From assembly GCA_018652475.1 (NCBI GenBank), contig JABICB010000013.1, positions 244 through 64,243 on the forward strand: a stretch of DNA of 64,000 nucleotides. Reading direction: 5' to 3'. This stretch comes from an archaeon (lineage in GTDB: Archaea; Nanobdellota; Nanobdellia; SCGC-AAA011-G17; PNOQ01). The position numbers and the translations under genes were made by a program. The notes under the pieces are model-generated. The model was not told the DNA's origin, did no database searches, and saw nothing but the letters and a program-made list of their open reading frames with translations. Shown here in pieces: positions 1 to 9,503 of the stretch (position 1 is the first letter of the stretch; every line of letters starts with the position of its first letter).

Positions 1-34
1 AGGAAAACAAAATCATAATAATATTACCTACAAT

Positions 35-958
35 TTGAGCATAACTGAATTTCTTGCAGACCCATATGGTAATGATGATGCAGCAATGCCTGAAGGAGAA
101 TGGATCGAAATAAAAAATTATGGTGATGACCTAGATCTAGTTGGATTCAAATTAAAAGATTTATTTAATAGGACTTTAACCATATCATCACTAAACACGT
201 ATTCAACAATTATTCACTCAAACAATCACCTAGTAGTTTATACAAATGGATTATTTGGATTACTAAACAATGAAGATTTAGAAGAAATAAGTTTATACTC
301 TTTAGATAATATACTAATTGATACTTTAACTTACAGCCATACAAAAGAAGGAGAATCTTGGGCAAAAATAGATGGACTATGGAAACTATCTAATCCTACG
401 CCTAATGAACAAAATCCTACAGTAATAATAACTGAACCAAACCTAAATATAGAAAAAGTTTACACTGGAACAGACAATTCAATCAAATTTGGAGAAGCAG
501 TAAGAATAAAAATAAATGTAAATAAAGGAAATAGCACAAAAAACACACTCAGTACATATATTATATCTAATAAGGGAGAAAAAATAACTCCAACAACAAA
601 AACAAACATTCCATTCAAATACACAAACTATGAATTAACAATACCTATACAATTATTTTCGAACTACAATCAAATTTACACAGAAGGTGAATATATCATA
701 GTGTTAGAGGGGTTTGATATCACTAAGGAAGAAAAAGTCAACATATGGGGCAATTATAACCTTTGTAAAACAAATGAACTAGAATTAGAAGAATGTACAG
801 TAGAAAACATTATAAATCTTTCAAATTACAACAAAGAACATATAATATACCGATCATCAAGCAAAAAAATTCAAAATATAGCACCATTGATTTTTTGTTT
901 TATTTTGATCATAATAATATTACAAACGAGTTTAGAAAATGGAAAAAATAAAAATTAA
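35..958 (+). CDS. Lamin-tail-domain (LTD) protein with a C-terminal TM anchor. The ORF opens at the window edge, so the true start may lie upstream.
   Basis: The N-terminal motif EFLADPYGNDDAAMPEGEWIEIKNYGDDLDLVGFKLKD matches the LTD signature (E..NP.G.D...EW.E..N.....DL.G..L.D). A C-terminal hydrophobic stretch IAPLIFCFILIIIILQ is present. Confidence 0.5.
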   Translation: MSITEFLADPYGNDDAAMPEGEWIEIKNYGDDLDLVGFKLKDLFNRTLTISSLNTYSTIIHSNNHLVVYTNGLFGLLNNEDLEEISLYSLDNILIDTLTYSHTKEGESWAKIDGLWKLSNPTPNEQNPTVIITEPNLNIEKVYTGTDNSIKFGEAVRIKINVNKGNSTKNTLSTYIISNKGEKITPTTKTNIPFKYTNYELTIPIQLFSNYNQIYTEGEYIIVLEGFDITKEEKVNIWGNYNLCKTNELELEECTVENIINLSNYNKEHIIYRSSSKKIQNIAPLIFCFILIIIILQTSLENGKNKN

Positions 959-1364
959 TACAATAATTGAAATTGTTGGAATGCCAAAAGAACATGTAGA
1001 AGAAACTATGAATAAAGTTGTTAGTCTAATCAAAGAAGACAAAGAAATAGAATTAATAACTCATGATACTGCAGAAACAAAACTAGTAAAAGACTTATGG
1101 TCTACATTTACAGAATTTGAATTAGATTTTAACGATTTTAAAAAATTAACAGGATTCTGTTTTGATTTCATGCCTTCTTCTGTAGAAATACTAGAACCTA
1201 CTACTCCAAAAGTATCTTCCGAAGATATTTCAGAATTGTTGAATGATGTCTTAGCAAAAATTCATCAGTATGATATGGCATTAAAAAGAATGATATTAGA
1301 ACAAAGAGCAAAAAAGAAAGTAGAAGATAAAACTAATTCTTCGGAAGAGGCAAAGAAGGAGTAG
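939..1364 (+). CDS. Hypothetical small acidic protein.
   Basis: Clean ORF that overlaps the upstream gene's stop. No motif I can place. Confidence 0.3.
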   Translation: MEKIKINTIIEIVGMPKEHVEETMNKVVSLIKEDKEIELITHDTAETKLVKDLWSTFTEFELDFNDFKKLTGFCFDFMPSSVEILEPTTPKVSSEDISELLNDVLAKIHQYDMALKRMILEQRAKKKVEDKTNSSEEAKKE

Positions 1365-2667
1365 GCCTTTTTTTTACTTTTTTATATATTAAATAACTAA
1401 TTAGACCTATAGATAAAATTATTATTAAAAGGCTAATTAATCCCTTATTTATTTCTGATTCTATTACTTCAGAGTCACAATCACCTGAAGTTGAATTACA
1501 CATCCACCCAGTAGGACACCCAATATCAATACAACTACCTGTTTCTGAATTTATATCACATGAATTTGTAGTTTCATTACAAAAATATCCCTCACTACAG
1601 CCCTCAATAAAACAATCAGAACTAGTTTCCTTCACTTCAATGATTATAGGAAAAGAACTTTGCATATATTCAGTACTGATAGATATATTACCTTCATAAA
1701 TCCCTGATTCTGCATTCATTTCAGAATTGACATATAAATACATTTTTATTTTTTCTCCAGGCTGAACAGAATAGATAGTTTCAGTTTCAAGAATTATAAT
1801 CTCCTCAATATTACCATCCAGTTTAAAACTGACAGTAGAAACAGAGTGATCATAATTATTTTGAATTTCAACATATCCAGTAACATTTTCAGTAGGATAA
1901 ATCTCAAGATTGATTTGATTAGATGGCATAACAAATACTAAGCCTTCATCAGATAAATCAACATCTTCTAAAACTTCATCATCTTCAGAATTTACATTAA
2001 ACCAAACAGGCACTTCATAAATTAAACTATTAGATTCGAATGTTATATACTGTTCAAGAGATGTATCTAATAAAATATTATTTGAATATAAACTCAGAGG
2101 TTCAATCTCCCCTGGTCCAATCTGTATGGTCGAAAGAGATAAATCAAAAATATTATCATCACTAGAAGAAACAAATATATCTAATTCACCCAAACCTGAA
2201 TTTCTTAAACTAAATAAGAAAGTTTGACCAGGATTAGAAGTATCCAAGATTACAATCCCCGGAGAAACATAAAAAGGCACATCAGAAGAGGTTATATTGA
2301 ATAATTCTGTATGATTATTATGAGTGAGGATAGAATTTTCAAAATAAACTAGATTATCAATGAAGATAGTATAATTGCCTAATTCAAGATCAGAATCTAA
2401 ATTAAAATAAATATAATGTTGAGTATTATTTAATTTATAGAACGTAGGCGAAATTGGAATTTTTGAATTATTAAACCATAATGAAAAATCAGCCTGTGCT
2501 AAATTATTTTCCAAATAAATATTTGAATATATCATGGCTTGTAGAGTTTCTCCCGGATGATATTCTTCTTGGCCCAAAAGAACAGTTAATTCATTAGATG
2601 AAACTAAAGGCATAAATAAAATAAATAAAAAGATCAAAAGATAAATTCCTTTTAGTTTTAACATCAT
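1333..2667 (-). CDS. Secreted or surface protein with an N-terminal signal peptide, a C-terminal Cys-rich module and a TM anchor.
   Basis: The N-terminus reads MMLKLKGIYLLIFLFILFMPLVSS. The C-terminus has CxxC-rich segments (CFIEGCSEGYFCNETTNSCD...CPTGWMCNSTSGDCD), then the hydrophobic stretch LISLLIIILSIGLISYLIY and a basic tail. The start overlaps the upstream gene's stop (ATGA at 2664-2667). Confidence 0.5.
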   Translation of the reverse strand: MMLKLKGIYLLIFLFILFMPLVSSNELTVLLGQEEYHPGETLQAMIYSNIYLENNLAQADFSLWFNNSKIPISPTFYKLNNTQHYIYFNLDSDLELGNYTIFIDNLVYFENSILTHNNHTELFNITSSDVPFYVSPGIVILDTSNPGQTFLFSLRNSGLGELDIFVSSSDDNIFDLSLSTIQIGPGEIEPLSLYSNNILLDTSLEQYITFESNSLIYEVPVWFNVNSEDDEVLEDVDLSDEGLVFVMPSNQINLEIYPTENVTGYVEIQNNYDHSVSTVSFKLDGNIEEIIILETETIYSVQPGEKIKMYLYVNSEMNAESGIYEGNISISTEYMQSSFPIIIEVKETSSDCFIEGCSEGYFCNETTNSCDINSETGSCIDIGCPTGWMCNSTSGDCDSEVIESEINKGLISLLIIILSIGLISYLIYKKVKKRPTPSLPLPKN

Positions 2668-4331
2668 TTCTTCCCTTTCAATAAATCCTTTGCCTTACTA
2701 ATTGATTTATCTAATTCACTTTCTAGCAAAGTATCCCTTCTACTTGGTCTATATTGAGAAGGCCTAGGTTTAACTATAGCACGAGTGGAAGGAGGATATG
2801 TAGGATTGATTGGTTTAGAAACAGGGGCAGAACTTGTTGAGGGTAATTTTTTAGATGATCCAAAATTACCACCCTTATATTTATTATATGCATAATATCC
2901 TGCACCAATTCCAATTAAAATAACAATAATAGCTATTAACCATGCTATCCAATTACTTCCTTCTTCATCATCATCAGAAGTTGTATTCGTGGAATCTGGA
3001 GATTCATCTAAAACTTTACAAGTATGAGTTAATGAATCACAATACTCTGGAGATATACAATCTGCATCAGAAGTACAACCAAAAGAAATTGCAGCACAAC
3101 TACATGTATCTACATTACAAGAATAACCAGTAACACAATCATTATCACTCATACAAGCATCTAATTCAGTACATGATTGGGGAGTTACACACATACAATC
3201 AATACAAGTCAATCCGCCATTACAAGGGATACCTGTATCACATTGTTCACCTAATCCGAGAATACCATCTAAACATATAGGAGTCGTTGAAGGCACAGGG
3301 GGAACTTCATTACTAAACATTGCCCAGAGTACCATTGCAGTAGTTTTTACACTGCCTTCCCATGATCCATCTTGTAACTGTTGTAACTTCATCCATTCTA
3401 TTGAATCACTCACTGATGAAGCACCACCTTGATTAGAATTTTTTAAAATATAACTAATTAATGCAGTATTAAATTTATTATTGCCCCAATTCCCACCTAA
3501 CTGATTTTCATTCAACCAATTCGCATAATCATTTTCACCAGTCAGATCTAATAAGAAAGCATTACCCATAGCATCACCAGTACAAGTAGTCTCAAGAAAT
3601 GGATAAGTTGCAGGATTTTCCCCAAGAGAGTTTAAAACAAATCCTGCATATCCAGTATAACCACAATCACAATTATAACTACTACCTGCAAAACATGCAT
3701 TTTCTATAGACAAGGGTAAATTTTCATCGACGATATAATATTGATTAGAATAAGTTTTAAAAATTAAAGAAGGACTAACTGTGACACCTATACAACTAAC
3801 TCCGAATTCTTCTTCAACATCTGCATAACTCCCTAAAACATCATTTTCAAAATCTATCCAATTTGAACCAGTCTCTTCAATAAGAGTATTATTTATCCTA
3901 AACATATAAGAATCATTATCATAAATGATACTGCAAGTAGCATAACCTCCAGTAGTAAGTTGAATTAACCAATTACCATTCTCCATTGCACGAATTCTAT
4001 GATCTAGTAACCATTCAACTTCGGAACTTACATTATTCCCGGTTTTATATAGTGCCAAGGTTGCTAATGCAGTATTATATGCATCACCCCATGAATCATC
4101 ATTTAATTGTTGAGATTCAAGTTCTGCAATACCTTCACTAACATCATACCCAAAATTTCGCAAGGATAGTACTGCTAACGCAACATCATCCACTGGTTTA
4201 TTCCAATTAGATGAATTCATCTGATCATAAAGCCACTCATGAGATTCACTAACATTGAATTCTGCAGAGACTAAATTAATAGAACCTAATAATAAAAATA
4301 CCAAACCAAATAATAAAACTATTTTTTTCAC
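2664..4331 (-). CDS. Surface protein with prenyltransferase/terpene-cyclase-like (QW-type) repeats, a Cys-rich stalk, an S/T/P linker and a C-terminal TM anchor.
   Basis: Signal peptide MKKIVLLFGLVFLLLGSINLVSA. Repeated Q..DGSW / WGD.Y.TALA motifs (QQLNDDSWGDAYNTALATLAL; QQLQDGSWEGSVKTTAMVLWAM) are typical of alpha/alpha-toroid QW repeats. A Cys-dense block (CLDGILGLGEQCDTGIPCNGGLTCIDCMC...) is followed by TSDDDEEG, a TM segment IAWLIAIIVILIGIGAGYYAY and a basic tail. Confidence 0.5.
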   Translation of the reverse strand: MKKIVLLFGLVFLLLGSINLVSAEFNVSESHEWLYDQMNSSNWNKPVDDVALAVLSLRNFGYDVSEGIAELESQQLNDDSWGDAYNTALATLALYKTGNNVSSEVEWLLDHRIRAMENGNWLIQLTTGGYATCSIIYDNDSYMFRINNTLIEETGSNWIDFENDVLGSYADVEEEFGVSCIGVTVSPSLIFKTYSNQYYIVDENLPLSIENACFAGSSYNCDCGYTGYAGFVLNSLGENPATYPFLETTCTGDAMGNAFLLDLTGENDYANWLNENQLGGNWGNNKFNTALISYILKNSNQGGASSVSDSIEWMKLQQLQDGSWEGSVKTTAMVLWAMFSNEVPPVPSTTPICLDGILGLGEQCDTGIPCNGGLTCIDCMCVTPQSCTELDACMSDNDCVTGYSCNVDTCSCAAISFGCTSDADCISPEYCDSLTHTCKVLDESPDSTNTTSDDDEEGSNWIAWLIAIIVILIGIGAGYYAYNKYKGGNFGSSKKLPSTSSAPVSKPINPTYPPSTRAIVKPRPSQYRPSRRDTLLESELDKSISKAKDLLKGKK

Positions 4332-4433
4332 TTAATCACCGTCTTATATTTTAATCATATGTAGAAAAGATTATTTAAAAGGTTTTTGTTTTAAAATAAA
4401 AAAATAATTAAACTAAAAGAATAAATTAAAACT

Positions 4434-5015
4434 ATGATCCCATTATTATTAAAACTAAGATTGAAAAATATAGAATATCTATCTAAAGGAAAAAGAGGAA
4501 TAATATACAAGGCAGAATATAAGGGAAAGAGGGTATCAATTAAAACAAAACTTCCCTCCTCTAGCGCGAAGGGAAGAATAAAAAACGAAGGTAAATTTCT
4601 AAAAATCCTAAATAAATATAAAATAGGTCCAAAACTAATTAAAAATAAAAATAATTATTTAATGTATGAATACATAGAGGGAGAATTTTTGCCTACTTTC
4701 TTGGAAAGAGAACAAGATAAGAAGATAAGAAGAAAAATAATAATAAAAATATTAAAGCAAGTTAGAACCTTAGACAAATTAAAAATAAACAAACTTGAAT
4801 TTACAAGACCTCTCAAACATGTATTCATAAAGAATGGGAGTGTCACAATGATTGATTTTGAAAGATGTTATTATACAGAGTCACCAAAAAATGTTACGCA
4901 GTTTTGTCAATTTTTAATAAATAGAAAATTAATGGCTAAGAATATTAATTTATTACAGCAGTATAAAGAAAATCAAACAGAAAAAAATTTTAAAGAAATA
5001 CTAAGAACTATCTAA
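4434..5015 (+). CDS. Small Bud32/RIO-like protein-kinase-fold protein.
   Basis: A Gly-rich loop plus KRVSIK (VAIK-like beta3 lysine) and TMIDFERC (DFG-like) are present. The size, 193 aa, fits Kae1-associated kinases. The catalytic loop is not canonical. Confidence 0.4.
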   Translation: MIPLLLKLRLKNIEYLSKGKRGIIYKAEYKGKRVSIKTKLPSSSAKGRIKNEGKFLKILNKYKIGPKLIKNKNNYLMYEYIEGEFLPTFLEREQDKKIRRKIIIKILKQVRTLDKLKINKLEFTRPLKHVFIKNGSVTMIDFERCYYTESPKNVTQFCQFLINRKLMAKNINLLQQYKENQTEKNFKEILRTI

Positions 5016-5816
5016 ATTATGACATTTTGATCTAAATGAACAAGAAACACATTTATTTCTATTAGTGACAATCGAAGGTAGTTTACCTTTCAAAACATCA
5101 TTTACTTTCTGAATAGTTGTTAAAATATTATCTCTAACATAAGGATTCATAGTTATTTTTCTCCTTTCATTATAGTCAGTATAATCAATATATCCTTCTT
5201 TAATATTTTTATTAAATTCATCAACTAATAAAGTCATATATGCCTCAAGTTGAATCCTATCCCCTGGCCAAACTCCATCAGAAGGCATCTTGCCAGTCTT
5301 TATCTCAATAGGGATATAATTTTCACCATGAATCTCAATTCTATCCACAATTCCTTTTAATCCAAGTTCATTAGATTCAATAGAAACTTCAGTTAAAATC
5401 TTTGGCGTTAACCTCCTCCATAGACTATCCCCATATACCTTTTCATGAATCATAAAGTCATAAACATATTGTGCTCGGTCTTGAGCCTCTTTCAAAAAAA
5501 TAATCCATAATTTATGAAAAATAGTAGTAGATTCTACGCCAACTTCAAGAAGTTCTAATTTCATTTGATCAATAACTTCCCTAACTACTCTCGAGTATTC
5601 TCTCCTAAATATCATAACTAAATCCTCATAAGGAGTAAAACTTTTTATTCCCTTAATGATATCTTTATCCAACTCATTAATAACATCGAATACCTTATGC
5701 CTTACTCTTCCTTTGATTAAGACATCCTTGGGCGGCCTAGCAAGTTTTAGAACATATTGTAAATATAATTTTCTAGGACAATACAGATAATTAGACAACA
5801 TATTGACTGAAATCAT
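5001..5816 (-). CDS. Cas4/RecB-family PD-(D/E)xK nuclease with a C-terminal Cys cluster. It is standalone, with no CRISPR nearby.
   Basis: The N-terminal LSNYLYCPRKLYLQ matches the Cas4/DUF83 YxYCPR motif. The C-terminal CVSCSFRSKCHN supplies the remaining Cys for an Fe-S cluster. Confidence 0.6.
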   Translation of the reverse strand: MISVNMLSNYLYCPRKLYLQYVLKLARPPKDVLIKGRVRHKVFDVINELDKDIIKGIKSFTPYEDLVMIFRREYSRVVREVIDQMKLELLEVGVESTTIFHKLWIIFLKEAQDRAQYVYDFMIHEKVYGDSLWRRLTPKILTEVSIESNELGLKGIVDRIEIHGENYIPIEIKTGKMPSDGVWPGDRIQLEAYMTLLVDEFNKNIKEGYIDYTDYNERRKITMNPYVRDNILTTIQKVNDVLKGKLPSIVTNRNKCVSCSFRSKCHNLDSS

Positions 5817-5869
5817 AAAAATAATAAGTTAAAAAATATATATAAACCTGCCCTTAATAATAATAATCA

Positions 5870-7015
5870 CTATTTTTTACTAATGACATAAATTTGACGC
5901 TCAATTTTACTATCACTATCTGCATAAACTAATGGAAATTTAACTGATTTATCTAAATTAATTATTTCAAAATTAAGTTTATCTAATAATGCATTAAAAT
6001 TGAAAGTCACTCTTCCATCTTTTTTAGTTCTGAAATTTGGAACAATAATTACTACCTTTGCATTCCTTTTCAAAACTTTCGAAATTGCACTAAGAACTGA
6101 AAAATACATTTTTTCTAATTTTTTCGAAGTAATTAGTGCTGCATTATGAGTAATCATATTTTCAAGGTATGGGCCCATATAAGGTTCAGTAGCCACAGCA
6201 TCTATAGAATTAGATTCTATATATTTAGCTAAATTTGAAGAATCATCATGAATAAGTTTGAAATTGGTCTTTAAATTATATTCTTTTTTTATCCAACCAC
6301 AATTTTTTATTGCTGAATGAACTGTTTTATTATCAATATCTACCCCTATAACATTAATCTTTGATAACATTGCCTCCTGTAAAATAACTCCAGTTCCTGC
6401 AAATGGATCCAACAATAATTCTTTCTTTTTTACTTGTGATAAATTAATTAACATTTTTGAAAGCCTGATTGAAGTATTTTTTAAAAAATCATTTTCTGGA
6501 CGTTTCAAATCCCTTTGTTTATATTTTGCAGGTTTTGACACTGCAACGGATCTAGCAATATGCTTTCCAAACACCAAATATTCTATTAAATCAGAAGAAA
6601 TATCTTTTGGCATTAATCTATCTAAATTCCCTTTCTTCTTTTGTGCTTTTATTCTTTCAGATTTAAACCAGCTTTTCAGATAATCTTCAAATTCTAAAGT
6701 ATACTCAGGATTACCATATGAACTAACAGCATATTTTATTTTAGAAGAACTGCCCATATAAGGGATTAGATCAGAATAGTCCCCTTCAGAAAGAATTTCT
6801 CCAATTTTTACAGTTCCACCTAATTGAGATATTATTTTCTTTCCCTTAAAAAAAGTTTCATCTAATGAAATTATTGCAAGTTCTTCAACAACAAGCTCAA
6901 TTTTATAAATCAAATTTCTGGCAACAAAATAAGATATAGCTTCTGCTAAAGATACATCAGGATTTCTTCCAAAGACAAATAAATATTTTTTCATAATATT
7001 CATGAACTGGTCCAC
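5870..7015 (-). CDS. Class I SAM-dependent methyltransferase, Trm11/TrmG10-like (putative tRNA m2G methyltransferase).
   Basis: Motif I LLDPFAGTGVILQEA (DPFxGsG) and a downstream AVATEPYMGPY (DPPY-like motif IV) match the order seen in Trm11/RlmL-type N2-G methyltransferases. A roughly 190-aa N-terminal domain precedes them. Confidence 0.45.
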   Translation of the reverse strand: MDQFMNIMKKYLFVFGRNPDVSLAEAISYFVARNLIYKIELVVEELAIISLDETFFKGKKIISQLGGTVKIGEILSEGDYSDLIPYMGSSSKIKYAVSSYGNPEYTLEFEDYLKSWFKSERIKAQKKKGNLDRLMPKDISSDLIEYLVFGKHIARSVAVSKPAKYKQRDLKRPENDFLKNTSIRLSKMLINLSQVKKKELLLDPFAGTGVILQEAMLSKINVIGVDIDNKTVHSAIKNCGWIKKEYNLKTNFKLIHDDSSNLAKYIESNSIDAVATEPYMGPYLENMITHNAALITSKKLEKMYFSVLSAISKVLKRNAKVVIIVPNFRTKKDGRVTFNFNALLDKLNFEIINLDKSVKFPLVYADSDSKIERQIYVISKK

Positions 7016-7018
7016 TTA

Positions 7019-7921
7019 TTAAATATTTCTAAAAACAAGTTGACCAGAAACATTATCATTTAGATACTTTTGAGCTTTTTTTGTTAAGTCACCATTACTC
7101 AAGAATAAGACTGGAAGTTTCTTTGATCTTGCTTCATCTGAAGCAGAAATTAAATCAGCATCATTAATATTCTTTTTAGCCTTAAATTTTACAAAATATC
7201 TAAGCCTCCCTATATTCGAAGGAAGGTCTACTACAAAATTTAATTCTCTTTCTTTTCTAACAACATCCTTAGAAATAACATACATTTTATTTTCAGAAAA
7301 ATAAGAATCTATTTCCTTCACTCCAGTATTAGTTTTTACTTCTTCAATAGGTTGAATATCCCTTTCCTTTGCTATTTCTTCTTTCTGTTCAGGTGGTGCT
7401 AATGGTTTTTCTTCTTTCTGTTGAATTGGAGTTACCGGTTTTTCAGGTTCTTTTACTTCTTCAGAAGTTCCAGTAGGAGAAAGAGACTCTTTTATTTTCT
7501 CTTTTGCGAGTTCATTATCTGCAAGATACCATTTCCAAAATAATTCATATTCATTACCTAATTTAACATTTAAGGGAATTGCAAAATCTTTTAATTCCCT
7601 CCGTAGTGCGACTCGATTATCTGCATTTTCGAATTTATCACGAATAATTATATCAGATTTTAATTTTTCATAAACTTCCTTTTCAATAACACCCAAAAAA
7701 ACAGATAATTGTTGTAATTTTTCTTCTTGGCCCCTAATAAAATATAAAGGAGATCCTCCTTTTTTGACCTTAGTAATCAATACTTGTTTTTTTTCAACTA
7801 ACTCTGAAAGAATAGCACTAGCTAAGAGAATATTAGTATTCAACTCTTTAGCAAGTTGACCGGGTAAAACAGGCCCTTCTCTTTTTACAAAGCTCAAAGC
7901 TGAAAAAACATCATTACTCAT
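7019..7921 (-). CDS. Hypothetical protein with an N-terminal winged-helix-like domain and a C-terminal domain with a possible restriction-endonuclease-like fold.
   Basis: The N-terminal 70 aa resemble a wHTH (LPGQLAKELNTNILLASAILSELVEKKQV). The C-terminal NFVVDLPSNIGRLRYFVKFKAKK is D...(E/x)xK-like. The middle is an acidic, Pro-rich linker. Confidence 0.3.
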   Translation of the reverse strand: MSNDVFSALSFVKREGPVLPGQLAKELNTNILLASAILSELVEKKQVLITKVKKGGSPLYFIRGQEEKLQQLSVFLGVIEKEVYEKLKSDIIIRDKFENADNRVALRRELKDFAIPLNVKLGNEYELFWKWYLADNELAKEKIKESLSPTGTSEEVKEPEKPVTPIQQKEEKPLAPPEQKEEIAKERDIQPIEEVKTNTGVKEIDSYFSENKMYVISKDVVRKERELNFVVDLPSNIGRLRYFVKFKAKKNINDADLISASDEARSKKLPVLFLSNGDLTKKAQKYLNDNVSGQLVFRNI

Positions 7922-7952
7922 AAGAAAGGAATCCTTACTAATTATAAAAACT

Positions 7953-8483
7953 TTATGGTTTAATCCAACCTACTTCATAATATGTTACATCTTCTTCATT
8001 ATCAACTATTCCAAGAAGTAATTTTTTCTTAGTGCTATGCGCCACCCTATTTTTTGCAGCAAAATCATACCAAGTCATGACATCACTCTCATAAACTGGA
8101 TACACTATCCAAGTAGCATGACCTTGTCCAGGCTTAACTCCCCTATCATACACTCTGAAATCTGCACCAAACTTTAAAGCAGTTTTAACAATATATCCCC
8201 TAATTCTCAAATCCTTATAAACACAATACTTAGACCAAAAGTTGAGTTCAGATTTTTTTATTTTTTTCAAAAAACTATCAAAATTAAACTCTTTATTTGT
8301 AGAACTAACTATATTCAACTTTCCCGTATCCAGAAGAAATAATGCTTCAAGAAGACTATATTTTATCTTATCTTTTTTTATTTCTCCAAATCTTCCCTTA
8401 TCATATAATTTCTTAGCAAGATTACATAAATCTGCAACAACATGCTCTCCCACAAATATTCCTTCAATTTTAATGATTTTCAT
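7953..8483 (-). CDS. endA: tRNA-splicing endonuclease (EndA).
   Basis: The C-terminal LRIRGYIVKTALKFGADFRVYDRG matches the EndA catalytic region (Y..K.G.KFG.DF.VY). The size, 176 aa, fits homomeric EndA. Confidence 0.65.
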   Translation of the reverse strand: MKIIKIEGIFVGEHVVADLCNLAKKLYDKGRFGEIKKDKIKYSLLEALFLLDTGKLNIVSSTNKEFNFDSFLKKIKKSELNFWSKYCVYKDLRIRGYIVKTALKFGADFRVYDRGVKPGQGHATWIVYPVYESDVMTWYDFAAKNRVAHSTKKKLLLGIVDNEEDVTYYEVGWIKP

Positions 8484-8533
8484 ACACTAATAAAAACAAA
8501 AATTATTTAAAAAGGTTTTGTCAAGTTCAATAT

Positions 8534-9421
8534 ATGAAATTAACCTTCCTTGGAACCTCTGCAATGATTCCTACTAAAGATCGGAACACTAGTGCTGCAG
8601 TTCTAAAATATGAAAATGAATTGATTCTTATAGACTGTGGAGAAGGAACACAGAGACAAATGAGGTTAGCAAAAATAAGCCCAACAAAGATAACAAAAAT
8701 ATTAATTACCCATTGGCATGGGGATCATGTATTAGGGTTACCAGGATTATTACAAACGCTTTCAGCACAAGAATATAATAAAGAATTAGAGATATATGGA
8801 CCAAAAAGAACAAAGAAAAATATAAAACAAATTTTGAAGATATTTCCGACAAATATTAAAATTAAAATTAAAGAAATTAAAAAAACACAAGAATTTCTCA
8901 ATGAAGAAAAATACCTCATTAATTCAATAAAACTAGATCATAATTGTCCTGCAATCGGATACTCATTCATAGAAAAAGATAAAATAAATCTAGATAAGAA
9001 GAAATTAAAAAAGTTAGAACTGAAAAATATTTCACTATTAAAAAAACTAAAAGAAGGAAAAACAATAAAATTCAAGAATAAAAAAATCACCACAAAAAAT
9101 ATTGCTAAAATTACAAAGGGGAAAAAGATTTCAATATTGGGTGATACTCGATATTCAAAAGAATTTGCTAATTTAATAAAAAAATCAGATATATTAGTTT
9201 GTGAATCGACATTCAGAAAAGATTTGAAAAATAAAGCAAAACAGTATTATCATTTAACAAATGAAGATGCTGCAAGAATAGCAAAACAAGGGAAAGTTAA
9301 TCAATTAATACTAACTCATTTTGGACAGAGATATAAGCATACTTCTGAATTAATAAAAGAAACAAAAAAAATATTTCCAAAAACTCTGGCTGCCAAGGAT
9401 TTCTTAGAAATTGAGATTTAA
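8534..9421 (+). CDS. rnz: Ribonuclease Z (tRNA 3' endonuclease; metallo-beta-lactamase fold).
   Basis: KLTFLGTSAMIPTKDRNTSA...LIDCGEGTQRQM...THWHGDHVLGLPGLL is the HxHxDH signature. The C-terminal LILTHFGQRY is also RNase Z-like. Confidence 0.75.
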   Translation: MKLTFLGTSAMIPTKDRNTSAAVLKYENELILIDCGEGTQRQMRLAKISPTKITKILITHWHGDHVLGLPGLLQTLSAQEYNKELEIYGPKRTKKNIKQILKIFPTNIKIKIKEIKKTQEFLNEEKYLINSIKLDHNCPAIGYSFIEKDKINLDKKKLKKLELKNISLLKKLKEGKTIKFKNKKITTKNIAKITKGKKISILGDTRYSKEFANLIKKSDILVCESTFRKDLKNKAKQYYHLTNEDAARIAKQGKVNQLILTHFGQRYKHTSELIKETKKIFPKTLAAKDFLEIEI

Positions 9422-9503
9422 TAGCACATAAATTTGAAAGTTAGGCAAAAAAAACCAAAATAAATTATTTAGTAGCATAGGAAATTTAAATTCATACATT
9501 AAT

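Noticed and set aside
2942-3133. Many 60-170-aa ORFs in the six-frame track that lie antisense or out of frame inside long, well-supported CDSs. Examples: 2942..3133, 4655..4846, 8242..8490, 8725..8919, 9615..9809, 10604..11013, 11508..11693, 14002..14491, 15751..16242, 17982..18377, 21452..22072, 26668..26892, 29178..30365, 35090..35602, 41736..42185, 48516..49285, 51050..54484 and others.
   Set aside because: In an AT-rich genome stop codons are frequent, yet antisense frames of long genes still yield chance ORFs. These have no start context or motif, and the partner ORF is clearly real.
2664-4331. GLGEQCD in the QW-repeat surface protein as an alpha-2-macroglobulin-type thioester (GCGEQ).
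   Set aside because: The Cys is on the wrong side of the motif (GEQC rather than CGEQ), and the context is a Cys-knot module, not a TED domain.
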